64,000 nt of DNA, taken from assembly GCA_051047955.1 (NCBI GenBank), contig JBPGPT010000007.1, forward strand, positions 124,001-188,000. Reading direction: 5' to 3'. The DNA comes from Cystobasidiomycetes sp. EMM_F5 (Eukaryota). The notes under the pieces are model-generated. The model saw nothing but the letters and a program-made list of their open reading frames with translations, was not told where the DNA came from and did not search any database. Position 1 is the stretch's first letter; every line of letters begins with the position of its first letter. The position numbers were made by a program, and so were the translations under genes. Shown in pieces: positions 40,069-52,386 of the stretch.

Positions 40069-40998
40069 CTATAGCCGCCTCGTCCGTTTATTGCAACTCA
40101 GCGGTTGCGAGCTGTCGGTCTGTCTCTTCCAACCGTCCCCACTATGGTCAGATTGTTGCACCGTCAGGTGCGAGTCCCCCATATGCTCTTGATTAGCTTG
40201 TTTGTCGACCAGCGCTGGGTGATCCTCCTCTTGCTCTTGTTCGCTGGTACAATGAGAGCTACTGCCCTCCTGAGTTGCGGTAGGCGCCGTCTTCTCATCA
40301 CCGTTCTGCTTTGTTTGGCTTGAAGAGATTTTCTCGTGCCGACTTTTCTGCCTTGATAGGTACACCCGACACGTTTCTCTTAGGATATGAAGGGGCCTCT
40401 CCGCCTGGCCACCAAGAGGGGTACCTGCGCTTTTGCACCGAGCGCGCGCGCGTCCAAGGTCGCGAAACCCACTCATCATCCCTTGCAATGCTGCGTCTTG
40501 CTGTTGCGCCTGCAAGGTGCTGTTACGCGTAGCTACGTGTGTCGGCGGTTCCCTGCGCTGCTCGAGCCACGCCTTGATCTTGCGAGTCGACTCGTTTTCA
40601 AACTCCTCCCGCTCTGACTGCCTCATTGGTACTTGCATTACCAGCCACGGTTGCAACTGAGCCTGTACCTCTTTGAACCTCTTCTCTGCCTTTGCGGGGA
40701 ATGGCTTGTTTGGCTCCACTCCGTCTTGCTGCTCGTACAGACGCATTTCATCGAGTATGGGTTGTATTTCCAGCAGATGCTGAGCACAGGTGCGCAAGTA
40801 AGGGACATTGTCTACGCATTGCTCGTACAGTGCCCAATGGTCGTCTGCCTCGCGCTGGCTGGAGCAGGGCCATGCGCGTAGCCTGTCGACTAGGGCAGGG
40901 TCGCCTTGATGATAATCGCATAGAAATGCTCGGAGGTACTCTTCCTGCGCCTGCAGCATCATCGACGACTCTTGCTCGGTGGTTGCGTCAGTCGCCAT
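40069..40998 (-). CDS. Hypothetical protein, 309 aa, apparently intronless
   Basis: Long ATG-initiated ORF (GCCATGG context) with helical E/Q/R-rich composition; no recognised domain. Confidence 0.55.
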   Translation of the reverse strand: MATDATTEQESSMMLQAQEEYLRAFLCDYHQGDPALVDRLRAWPCSSQREADDHWALYEQCVDNVPYLRTCAQHLLEIQPILDEMRLYEQQDGVEPNKPFPAKAEKRFKEVQAQLQPWLVMQVPMRQSEREEFENESTRKIKAWLEQRREPPTHVATRNSTLQAQQQDAALQGMMSGFRDLGRARARCKSAGTPLGGQAERPLHILRETCRVYLSRQKSRHEKISSSQTKQNGDEKTAPTATQEGSSSHCTSEQEQEEDHPALVDKQANQEHMGDSHLTVQQSDHSGDGWKRQTDSSQPLSCNKRTRRL

Positions 40999-41194
40999 GG
41001 CTGCGTTGACTGGGACTGGACGAGAGGGGATGGGGTGAGACGAAGGCGAGACAGGGTTGCGCTTAGATGAGAGGTTGGGTTAGGTTGAAGGAGTATCAAG
41101 TGGAATGCGAATATCTGAAGCCATCAAATGACTAGATAACCCCCCGTTATATACTGGCTCCGGAGGTTGTGACTTGCATCCGACCATCACATCG

Positions 41195-42542
41195 ATGGCC
41201 GTGTCGTCGTTTCTCAACAGCGCATTCAGCACGCTGTCGCTGCAGGCCAGGGGTGGGTCCATTTCATTCGTATCGTTCATCGTTGTGGTTAGTGATTTGA
41301 CGCCGTATTCCATTGTTCATTAGACGAGCACTCTTCGATATGGATACTCCTGGCTGCTGTTGTGGGCATAGTGTCCATGAGCTCATACGTGACGAGCTTT
41401 GGAAAGAGTGGGCAGCGATACAGGCCAGAATGTGTCGATGTTCTTGAAGCAGTTCTGATGGTTTGCTGGTCATTCGCAGTGCTCCTCGATTTGGCTCGGA
41501 ATGGAGACTCGGTGGGAGATGGATATACCATTCCACAGCGCTCACTGCTGATATGGTGTGTCCTCCAGCTCGATAGATACGGCGCGAAAAAGGGTCACTG
41601 GGCAATCATCACTGGGTGCACAGCTGGTATCGGACGGGAATTTGCACTCCAACTCAGCAGGGCAGGCTTCAAGGTGCTCTTGATTAGCAGGAATGGAGAG
41701 AGCTTGAAGGCGCTCCAAGGGCAGCTTAGTATGTACATGTCGATGAGACTTGATGTATCCGCTGAGTCTCCGCTTTCAGAAAACCCATCTCGCATTCACG
41801 CCATCGACTTTGCAAGTGCAGATGGACAAGCGTACGCTTCTCTCAAGTCGTCAATTGACAGCCTCGACGCGCCAATCGGCGTACTCGTCAACAACGTCGG
41901 CGTGTCTCACTCTATGCCAGTCCCGTTTGCAGAGTGTCCAGAAGACGAGATGGAGGGGACGCTCGATATAAATGCACGAGCTACAATGCGCATCACTCGG
42001 ATTGTCCTTCCGCATCTTCTCAAGAATGGTCCAGCGAAAAAGAGGTGGGCGGGCGACAAGGTTTCCTCATGGCTGAATATGCCAAACTAAGACTCTTCAT
42101 TTCCGCCAGCCTCATAGTCAACATTGGAACATTCGCCTCTCTCACCAGCTCACCCCTACTTGCACCGTACGCCGCCTCCAAATCCTTCCTCTGGACATGG
42201 TCTCGCGCCATCGCTTCCGAGCTCGAGCCATACGGCGTCAAAGTATCCCTCATCAACACATACTTTGTCGTCTCGGCCCTCTCCAAGATTCGCAAACCCA
42301 ACCTACTCACGCCTACGCCAAAAGCGTACGTCAAGGCCGTCCTTTCGCATATCGGATTGCGGTGCGGGGCGACAAAGAATGCATATGTCAGTACGCCGTA
42401 CTGGAGTCATGCAATCGCGCACTGGGTGGTGGATCATGTAGGGACGGATAAGTTCTGGATGGACTATACAAAGAAGCTGCACGTTGATATCCGGAAACGA
42501 GCGCTCAGAAAGCAGGAGAGACTTGCTTCCAAGACCGAGTAG
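41195..42542 (+). CDS. IFA38: Very-long-chain 3-oxoacyl-CoA reductase (SDR)
   Basis: N-terminal TM helix; motifs WAIITGCTAGIGREFA, VLVNNVGVSH, catalytic YAASK, YFVVSALSKIRK, PYWSHA, DIRKRALRK. Confidence 0.92.
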
Positions 42543-42545
42543 TTT

Positions 42546-43176
42546 GCAATACAATCTAATGCGTTGGTTGGTAGAATACTCAAATGCTGCGGAATGCAAG
42601 CAAACGTCGCTTGTCGTCTTGCTGCCTTGGATTGATTTGCATATGAGACCCCTTTGATGTCCTTCAACCAACCTGAGCCTGAAGCCTGAGCGAGAGATTG
42701 GGGGATAACGGCGAGGGAGCATCGTCTAGAGAGGATACACAGAGCAGGAGACGGAGGTGCAGATTACAAATATCGATATCGGTATCGATATATTGGCAAT
42801 ACTATCGAGCCAGGACAACACAACACACACCAGCTGGCCAGTAACGCCAAAGAGCACGATTGACAGCCTGGACCACTCTGGCGAGTCTGGAAACCAGTAT
42901 ATCGCTGCATAGCCTCGACCCTCATCTGGCAGTCCAATTGCTGCCATCCGACGTGGTCTTTCGATAATTGGACGGGCAATACGTGCTCATATTTGACACT
43001 CACAACAGTCTCGGAGCATCGCAAGACAGCCCTACATCCGTGTAGCTTGCTCCCGTTCATGCGCTGTGAACAGCGTCAATCCTCGACCGGTGCCGCGAAC
43101 TTGGAATACTCGATAGCAATACAAGCCGCAGCATATACCGTGGAACGCAATACGGAACACTGATAGCAATCAATAC
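42546..43176 (+). promoter_or_regulatory. Cluster of same-strand GCAATAC heptamers upstream of the PSP1 gene
   Basis: Exact copies at 42546, 42796, 42976, 43116 and 43147; variants GGAATAC at 43103 and TCAATAC at 43170. Confidence 0.45.
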
Positions 43177-46100
43177 ATGCTCTCGTCCTCGTCCTTATTG
43201 GGCGAGGCCTTGAAGGCCACCGCGACGGCCAGCGATGCAGCTAGCAACGACGGCTCATCATCAGGCTCAGCAGCAGGTGATGCCAAACATACGTTGCACG
43301 CACACATGAGCGCTTTCTAACGTATCCTACGCAGGCCATAATGGACCTTACCATTCCGTCATAGGGCTGGGCAGATCCTCTCGCAGTCCCTCTGCAAGTC
43401 CAGGGCTTGGCCGACGTATACCCTCCCCAAACACATACGGAGCCGTAGGCGCTTCGTCGAATCTCTCAGGCTTCTCACCTCAACATTCATACCAGCATCA
43501 CTTTTCCTCACAATCGCCTTCACTACCGACCATCCCATCGGCTTCAAACATATCATCGACCTTTGCAGATGCGAATGACGAGGCGTCTACGAGCCCAAGT
43601 ACATCTCGCACTGCCGCACTCGGCGTCGGAAGTACGCCATTCCCGATACCGTCAAAGTCTAGGTCTTCGTCACTTGCGCCTATAGGCTCTGGCAGTCCAA
43701 GAGAACAGCGGTTATACGAGAGAGGAGGCACGACGCCGTCGGCCAATGTCTACTCGACTTCAGTTGGCGCGTCTGCGACTGCTGGTTCAAGCTCACTGCT
43801 GTCGTCTAGCTTTCCGAATTCCAGTCCTTTGCTCGACCGTAGCAACCTAGGTGTCGTTGGGAACAGCAATTCGCCTACACATCGCGGAAGCGGAGCTACA
43901 TCACCCGCACCTTATCAGATAGGATCTGGCAGAGGTCTTCTCTCACGCCATCTATCGCTGTCAGGAACGCCGTTGTCTGGAGCCAGAGGAGGGGGAGCTG
44001 CAGGAGGACGCACTGCCAGTCTTGGTCGACCTCCTTCGGCCGCTTCGACGAATGCGACTTCCTCCTCGACTTCTCCCGCCATGCAACATGACACCGTGAC
44101 GTACTCACAATCTCCTGGTTTCGCCCACGAACCGCCCGTACATTCGCCAGGTTCAATTTTCTCGCAAGATGCGAGAGAAGGTCGACCTCGGACGCGATAT
44201 CCATTCGGAGAGGTAGTAAACCAGCAGTCAGGATCACCTACCGTTCAGCCACCGTCAACTCCGCTCGCATCGTCCGCCAATACTTTTGTCCCTTCTTCAG
44301 CCTCAGCTCGCATACCTTTCCAGCAAAGACCAATAGCGTCAGCACTCGCACGCACAGTCTCTTCATCAGACTATCCGTCCGGAATCGCTCTGTCAAACAT
44401 GAGTCCGTTTGTTCGAGATGTCGCCCCGCTGCCCTTCGCGCATGGCGCGAACATACGGAATACTAGTAGCATATCGTCTTTCAGCAGAGGTGTGGCTGAG
44501 TCGAATCCGAATGGATCACTCCATAACACTTCGAATACCGGCATGAGAAATCCGTTGTCAGCATCTACACCCCTGAGTGCCGACGCAACATCGAGGGACG
44601 TCGACAATAGATACGACAATACTGCAGGAGTATCTTCCGGAGATGGTGCTGTGCCGAATGTGAATCACCTTACTACCGCTGCTGGCGGCTTGGCAAACTC
44701 GTTCGGAGGTCCTAGGAGGAGGGAGAGCTTTTGGGGTGAACCCCAGACATCGAGAAGCGACTGGCCAGACAGTAGAACAGGAACCGCTCTGACGAGTCGA
44801 GCTTTGCGCGGTCACGGTTATGGCGGGATATTGGAACAGAGCGATGATGAAGAGGATGAGGATGAGCTCGCGAAACCGACGAGAAGCGGGGCGACATCCC
44901 GAAGGCATTCCGTAGCTGCGTTTACGACAACACCGCTGACGGGGGGATCGTCGGGCATAGTCTCTTCACAGCCTGGACCGCTGAGAAGTCAGTTCGGCTT
45001 TCATCTGCCAGGAGACGCTTTCAATATGACACCTGCGCGACCGAACTTTGCCAATGACAAAACTTCGACATCAACTGCTTCGCTGACAATGTCAGCCTTT
45101 TCACCTTCGGCAACGCAGCAGCGCCCGTTTGACGTCAATAGCTCCATGACAGGTGCCGGACATGGCAAAAGCATGTCCTCTGTAATATTCAAGGGTCCAG
45201 GAGATATACTTAGTGACAGCTTTGGGATGCCCATGGGTCCTAGCGCTATACTAGGAAGAGGCAGAAGCGACTCGGCCAAGTTTGATGACGATGATTTCTT
45301 GGCAACAAACCTCAGCAATGCTCTTCAGCTCAACCTGGACAAGCAGCAGCAGCAGCAGCAGCAGCAGACTTCTTCTTCTATTCGCATCCGTAATGCGACA
45401 GGAGACGACATGTCTGCAAACCACCCAGACAGTAGCCCTCGGAAAACCTTGCAGAATCAGTACCCTCCAAGCGGTAGCTACAACGGCGAAGGGGGATCTG
45501 GAACAGTCAGGAATGCAGCTACGGCTGTATCGTTGTCGCCACCACAGAATCGCGTAGTCCGGACTGCCAGCACTTCAGGTGACCCATACTCGCCTTCCGC
45601 TTCAGCCGCTCGATTTCTGGCGACCGCACAGAATGTACAACCTCCACCTTTGCCGCCTCAAACCAGCTTATCACCTAATCCGTCTAATGCAAACCCATAT
45701 CAGGCGATGCCGACAACTCCGCCTGCGGTACCTCAACAGCAACGCTTTGCTAGTCCAAACAATCAAGACTCACAGCTCGGAATGTGGCCTGCTCCGGGGT
45801 CCAATGTATTCGCGCAGCATCAACAAAGTCCGCACTTCCGCAGCGGCACCCTACCTCCGCCCCACTCCTTGCAAGACTTCTACAATGCGCCTGAGACTGC
45901 CAATCCCCCTGGGCGATCCTTCGCAAGTGACAATGTACGCTCACCGACTCAAGCCCCAAGTTTCGTCAGCCCTAGTATGATGGCAAGAGATGGCAACGTA
46001 CCGCCATCACATAACTTGCCGATGCAAATGACATCTCCACCTCCTCACATGTACATGCAACACCGCCTACCAGCAGCAGGGACAATGTTGCCGCCCTTCG

Positions 46101-46920
46101 CAGGTTTCGGTCCCGGCATGCGTCAGACTAGCGGTCCAACGCAAAATGTATCTCAGCTGAATATACACGCGCATCCTTACTATGTAGCCCCAATTGCGCC
46201 GCAGCCGTCGTTGAATGACCTGGGCAGAGGTATCCCACTGCACGCCTTACCTTCGGGCGGTCCTCTGTTCATTGTCGAGTTCAAAGCTGGGCGCACCGAT
46301 CTGTTCTATATTGACGATCCGCAATCGCTCGCGCTCCAGAAAGGCGATCTTGTGGTTGTCGAAGCCGATCGAGGCAAAGATCTTGGTAAAGTGCTGACCT
46401 CCTGTACGTTGGAGGAAGTCCACGAGTTCCAAATCCATCAAGTGCAGTCAGCTCTCGGTCAACTCGCCGCCGGTGCAGGAGGTGGCCACACAATTGGCGG
46501 AATCGCAACTCTTAGTCCAGGCCAGCAGCCATCTCCTGCGGCTATCGCTAGAATGACAAAGGAAATACATCCGAAGCGTATATATGGTCGAGCTTCCCCA
46601 GCTGATGTAGCGTTACTGGCACTCAAGGCCCAAGACGAACAGAAGGCATTGAATGTCTGCAAAGCCAAGATCGTGCAGCACCAGCTACCTATGGAGGTGA
46701 CAGACGCGGAATTCCAATTGTAGGTCTGTGTCAGGCTACTAGATACGCAAACTAATACATTTTTTGACTTAGTGACCGCCGCCGATTGACGTTCTTCTAC
46801 GTGGCGGACCGCAGAATAGACTTCCGAAGTCTAGTAAAGGATTTGTTCAGACTGTATAAAACGCGGATCTGGCTTTGTGCCATCGATAATGGGACGATAC
46901 AGCAGCCACAGCAAGGTTGA
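43177..46920 (+). CDS. PSP1 C-terminal domain protein with long disordered N-terminus
   Basis: Motifs [72 protein letters not shown]. Probable first exon starts at ATG 43177 and splices in frame at 43335. Confidence 0.88.
45341..45367 (+). repeat. (CAG)n poly-Gln tract inside the PSP1 CDS
   Basis: aag followed by (cag)8, translating as KQQQQQQQQ. Confidence 0.85.
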
Positions 46921-47185
46921 GCCGAATAATAAGCCTCAGATCTTTGGAATACTAGACAAGATCGGCAAATGCTTATCCCTGGAGGATACAGCACCTCTAA
47001 CATACGAAAAAACAAGAACTTGAAATAATGCTGGCCAAGTCGTTCGCAAGCTAGTCCGCTAAGTTTGCTCTTACTTGCTGTACATTATCGTTACAGTGGT
47101 TGTAGTCTGCTAGACATCGTCTATAAGTAGCATAACGTACATTTCTTAGATTGTGAGCATGGCGTCCTCCTAGTTACAGTATCGT

Positions 47186-50100
47186 TTACACGAGGAGCGC
47201 AAGTAAGGGCACCTTCCAATGCCCCAAGTTTGCAATTTTCGGCTTTGCTGGTCGCTTTAAAACCTCTGCATTTTCTTCGTTGTCTGCTTGAAGAAGCGCA
47301 GCTTCTAAGTCGTGAAGCTGTGCATCACCCAGCGCGGTCCAGACCTCGTCTATTGAGCGCTGAACCAGATCAAGGAAGGAGGTTACTCCGTCCTCTAGTT
47401 CCCTGCCTTGGTCGAGCAGATCTGGCTGATCATCCTCGTCGTTCCGAACGATTTCCTCTTGTGACAAGCGTACGTAGAGCCGCGTCAATGAGGCAGTCGA
47501 CGCTGCGAAGGTGGTTCAGCCCCCTATCACAAACAAGCAGTGCCCAATACAGGCTGACATACCGACCAACTGGCTTAGCTTTCCACCCTCGCTGACCAGT
47601 CTGGTCAGGCTGCCCAACAGATATGACTCCTCGTATACGGAGCCCTTGCCGCCACCTGCAGCCTTGTTGAGTGCGCGTCGATCTGATTTGCGGGTTTTGC
47701 CAGATTTGATAGAGGCTCGGGTAGATGCGGCAGCCTTCGTATACCTAGTAAATTGCGTTGTTGCAACTGTCGAAGCTCCGGCTTCCGTTTGAACGTCCAC
47801 ATTGTCCAGTGCATCATCACCGACGCCAGGTAGTAGCTTGCCATAGAAGGATGCTAGGGGAAAAGGTCAACGAACACAATCGCAGGCGAGGTCCGATGGT
47901 CATGCACACACCTGTATTATTCAACCGTTTTTCACGTAACTCGGCCAAGCGTGATACCTGCTTGGTGACTTGATCCTCAAGCTCATTAACCTCGTCGAGA
48001 ATTTTCTCTTTGGCGTCCAGCGATTGAGGAAGTATCAGAGAGTTGACTAAACCTGTCTGACGGTGTAATGTTGCCTAAACACCGAAAGTCTTAGCTCACG
48101 CGGAGTAAGTCAGGAAGAGATCGGGGTACCAAACGCAGCGCATCCCCGAAGTCCGCTCCATCACACAAGGCCTGGATCGCTGCAGGAATGTTTTTTGCAT
48201 AGTCACAAAGGACTTTGCTGGCTTCATTGTGACGATTTCGATTGCGCAGTCCGCCTGGATAAATCTGTAAATATACGGGTCAAGCGTTTGGCTGCGAGTC
48301 TGCACTCACTAGCAACGTTTTCGGCAAGCGTGATCATGTCTTGCTCGGCCAGCTGCACTTGGCTGGCAAGAGCGAACAGTTCGACCCAATTGAGAGCGCG
48401 CTGATACGCAATCATTGCCTTGCGAGGCTGACCAGCCATTGTGTAGGCTGTCATGCAATCAGGTCGATCAATACAGCTCCAATAACAATTCGGGGAGTCA
48501 TATTCACAGAGGGCAGCTTCCGGGCAGCGATCGTCCTGCATCAGCCAGTCACCACGTTTTTCCAGAACAACCTGAGCATAACGTCGAGGTAGCATGTCAG
48601 TCTCGCGTTACAACAGAATATTGGGCGCCCGTACCTGTAGGTGAGACGCCTGGTCCTTATACGACTGCACAGCTGCATCGTAAAGATCGTGGGCAGCTAT
48701 ATATGATAACGCCTCCTGGAAGTAATCGGCACCTGTAACAAACAGCAGGTATTAGCACCAAACACCTGCTGCCATTGCACGATGAAAGCACACATACCAG
48801 CTGCAGCCAAGTGCGTCAGGGCAGGTGCGTACTTGCGCAAATGGTCATCGATTTTAAAATGCTGATAGTGCTCCGGGTATTTTCGAAGGCCTCGCAGAAA
48901 GGGAATGTACTCCTTGGGATCCTGCAATAACACCAGACTCAGGGAAAATGTAACGGCAGCAGGTGCTTTAAGTTGGCCCACTTTCTGGCTCTGTTGCGCG
49001 ACGGCCAATACAAGCTCAAAATCATACGTGCCGAGCGCAACATCGTATAAAGTAGCGGAGTCGGCCAGGTATATGATGAAGCGGACCGCCTCCTCTGCCT
49101 TCTTAGATGATATGGCTGATACAAACTTATAAGCCATAGCTTTGTGGACCACGATCGTAAGGGTAACTTGCCTTTCACTCGTCGAATCACCTGCAGGGCC
49201 GAGACGTAGTCTGCCGGCCGTTGACATGTATGCGTCGTGATGATGGATGTCATGTAACCAAGAATATCCTTCTCCTCCAAGCACAAGCGGATTCTATGAC
49301 AGAGAGTGTTCACCTTGCTGTGTATTGAAGGGCTTACTGTCCGCCCTGTGAAATCATGGCACAGAGAGGCATACAAGGTCCTTGTGACATCGACGTCCCT
49401 GTGCGTAAATACATGTAAGCGGCGACGCAGGAATGTATACGTGTTTGAGACGGACTTGAGTCCAGATATGAACACGTTAAGGTACTCTGGGTCGGCCACA
49501 GCATCCAGAAACTTAGGCACGTCTTCTACGAAAACATCGAAATTGAAGTCGCACAGGAAATTGAGGTCGATGCGATGTCTTCGGCAGATCAGGTACGCGT
49601 CCTTGTACTGCTTTGCCTCAAGGTGTCTCTGCACGATTTGCAGGACGAGTGGCCGTGGGCATATGGTCTCCAGATTACCTCTCGGCATTTGTAAGACAAC
49701 AGACATGGAAGACGGAACCACAGTAACTATACGACTGCCTCGCTCTACGCGCCGAGCATACGTGACATCTGTCGGTTTCGCCGGTCTTGTCGCATCTTCG
49801 ACTGGGGCAGGTTTCAAGGCGTGGATATAGTCCGCAGTCTCGCTTTGCGTATCGAGTATTCCATCTCGACTGGCTAGAGTACTGATTTTTGCGAAGCGTA
49901 CCTCATGCGCCAGGGTCGTATACACGAGGAAGTCTCCTGTCAGTAGGAAGGAAGAGACATTGGCTGCAATAAGCTTCTCGGTTGTGAGAAGTGTGCCTTT
50001 TGCACTCAGGCCAAACATGAGCTTGTCACTGATACACTGCCAGCTGGGACAGAACTCGGAAAACTCTGTAATCCGGCTGTCTTCGGCGTCGAATATTGCG

Positions 50101-52230
50101 CCCGTGACAGTCTGGAGGTAAACGGCAGCATGGCTCATACATATACGGGCAAAGGAATGCGCCAAAATTCGTTTGGTGATTGGAGGGTCTTGCTCGGTTT
50201 CGGAGGGTATGGACACCGTGAAAATGCAGTCGTGGTCTCTGCGATGCGTAGACGCGAGTACAGAAAAGACATCGATCCCATCTTTCCGCGAAAGGACTAG
50301 CTGCTTGGGTGTGGAACCCTGCATTTGATGGCCGATGGAAGTCATGATTCGCCCCTGCGATGATACTTTCCCGCCCTTCTCAATGCAAAGTCGCCACACC
50401 ATTACGCTACCGTCTGAGAACAGTGCGGCAACGGAATCGTCGTCCTCGTGAAAGGCGACATGTACAGGTGTCTGACCGCCTGTATCGAGTTCGAGCGAAC
50501 ACATAGGCGGAGGCACATTTTGGTAGCGGAATGGCGTGAGCAGTAGTTTAGCTTGCAGACAAGCAATTACAGTCAAACTCTAGCGTGAGAAAGGCATGCT
50601 GGATCGCACTCACCACCATCGACAACGGCCACGAGCCCCGTGTCATTGGGACACTGTCTGTTTGACCGATATGTATCCCACATGAAGACTCGCTTTTCTA
50701 CGGATGAAGTCAAGACCAGGTACAGAGAGAGCTCTTGCTCTGCGTCCCAGACAATGTCCTGCACATTGTCACTCGATGCCGTCTGAATTGACTGTTTCAA
50801 GTACCAATGGCTGCAGTCATCTATGTCAGCGGAGAAAGTGGCATGTGGGCACTGTCAGCTCACTAATTGTTTCTGCGCCAGAGCTGTACCGTGTCTCGAA
50901 GGTCATCGTCCTCTTCCGTGCCTGTCCGTATCCATACTGCAAGGACTGTGGAATCCGAATTCCAGGCCAAGCGCATGACCGTTACCTTACCCGAATTCCG
51001 TAGGGAGAACTCGTATCTGCGAAGCCCATTCCGCTCGAAGAATACGACCTGGCTTGACTGTTCGGCGGTTGCTGCCACAATGCTCCCCGAGGGTTGCCAG
51101 GCTAGCGGACTTTCCAGCCCCGGCGTAGGCTCGGATGTTGATTGTAGGACGGCTGTCCTGGAGTAAAAGCGTAGTCGGCGTTCCCTTTTATTCGAAACTG
51201 CAAGGTCGTGGAGCGATGTGACTACAAAAAAAGCGCCATCACCTCGCCACGATATCCGGTAAGCTTCGTCTAAGCAGCGGCTGTCGCGTTGCGTAATATT
51301 TGGCAGTTGGGGAGACGTAGATGAGGAAGCAGCGGCTTGAGCGGATGAAATAGCCAAAGCTGACGCTGCAGGAAGCCCGGCAACAGCGTCACGTCCGCTT
51401 TTCCCGATAGAACCATGGAATTGTGTTTCTTGAGCTCCCCAGCCTAAATTGACTGGCTTGTCCTGACCAAACTCGACGGTCTGGAGTGCTCCTTCTGAAA
51501 GCACGTCGAAGGTCTTTGTCATTTCAACGAGATTATCTTCGCCTATCGCATCAGCTTGGTCAATCAGCTCACATCGATGGCCTAGGGGGAAACGGTAACT
51601 CACCAGTAACAAGGACGAGTAGTTCTTCGTCTGGCGACCATGCTGCAGCGTGGATCCCAGCTTCGACAGATCCGACGACATCAACCTATTTGCGTTTGAG
51701 CGGTGTCAGCGATTCAATCGCGACCAGTGTAGCGTGCATTACTCACCTTGTTTGCACTGGGATCTGTGTCTTCGTTGACGTCTACACAGACAATATCTCC
51801 ACCAGCGAGGACAATGACGAGGGTCAAATTTTCCGCAAGAAATCGAAAATCAACGATATGTCTATCGTTCAAAAACTGAAAGGGCGGTTCTGGAGGAGCT
51901 TGGAAGGATACGATAGGCTTGCGAGGATTGCTACATCAGCCGTCGTTCTTGCCCAATATCGGATACATGTCGCATGATCGATATCCTCTTGGAGTCGCTC
52001 CAAACGCTCACCGTGTTGCTTTCCCCAAGCTGGCTGTTGGCAACAAAGACCTGCACCTCGACACCGCCGTCTGGCAGAGGCCGCTCGCTGGCCAGATAGA
52101 GGGTCTCCTTATCGTCCGGATGCGATAGCGACGTCGCTTCGTTGCGTACGGCCAGCGAAGTGTAGCGAGCTGCAGCCTTCTTGCCGTGGACCTTGCCAGC
52201 CTGGCACGTTAGAAGGGTCAGCGACCTCAT
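47186..52230 (-). CDS. ELP1: Elongator complex subunit 1 (Elp1/Iki3), many exons
   Basis: Motifs GWGAQETQFHGS, ISWRGDGAFF, FFERNGLRR, RRVERGS, LQMPRGNLETICPR, QK|DPKEYIPFL, KGSVYEESYL. Confidence 0.96.
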
Positions 52231-52386
52231 TGTGAGGGCGACTGCTGGTCGAAAACCAAATGATGAACAGGCAAGGCTCGACTGGGCTCACGCAGGCGAC
52301 AACGTACAACATCGCTTTTCCGGACATCGTTCTATGCTACATGAGTGTTAATCGACTGCGTTACAAGGGCTCAATTATCGTCAGCA

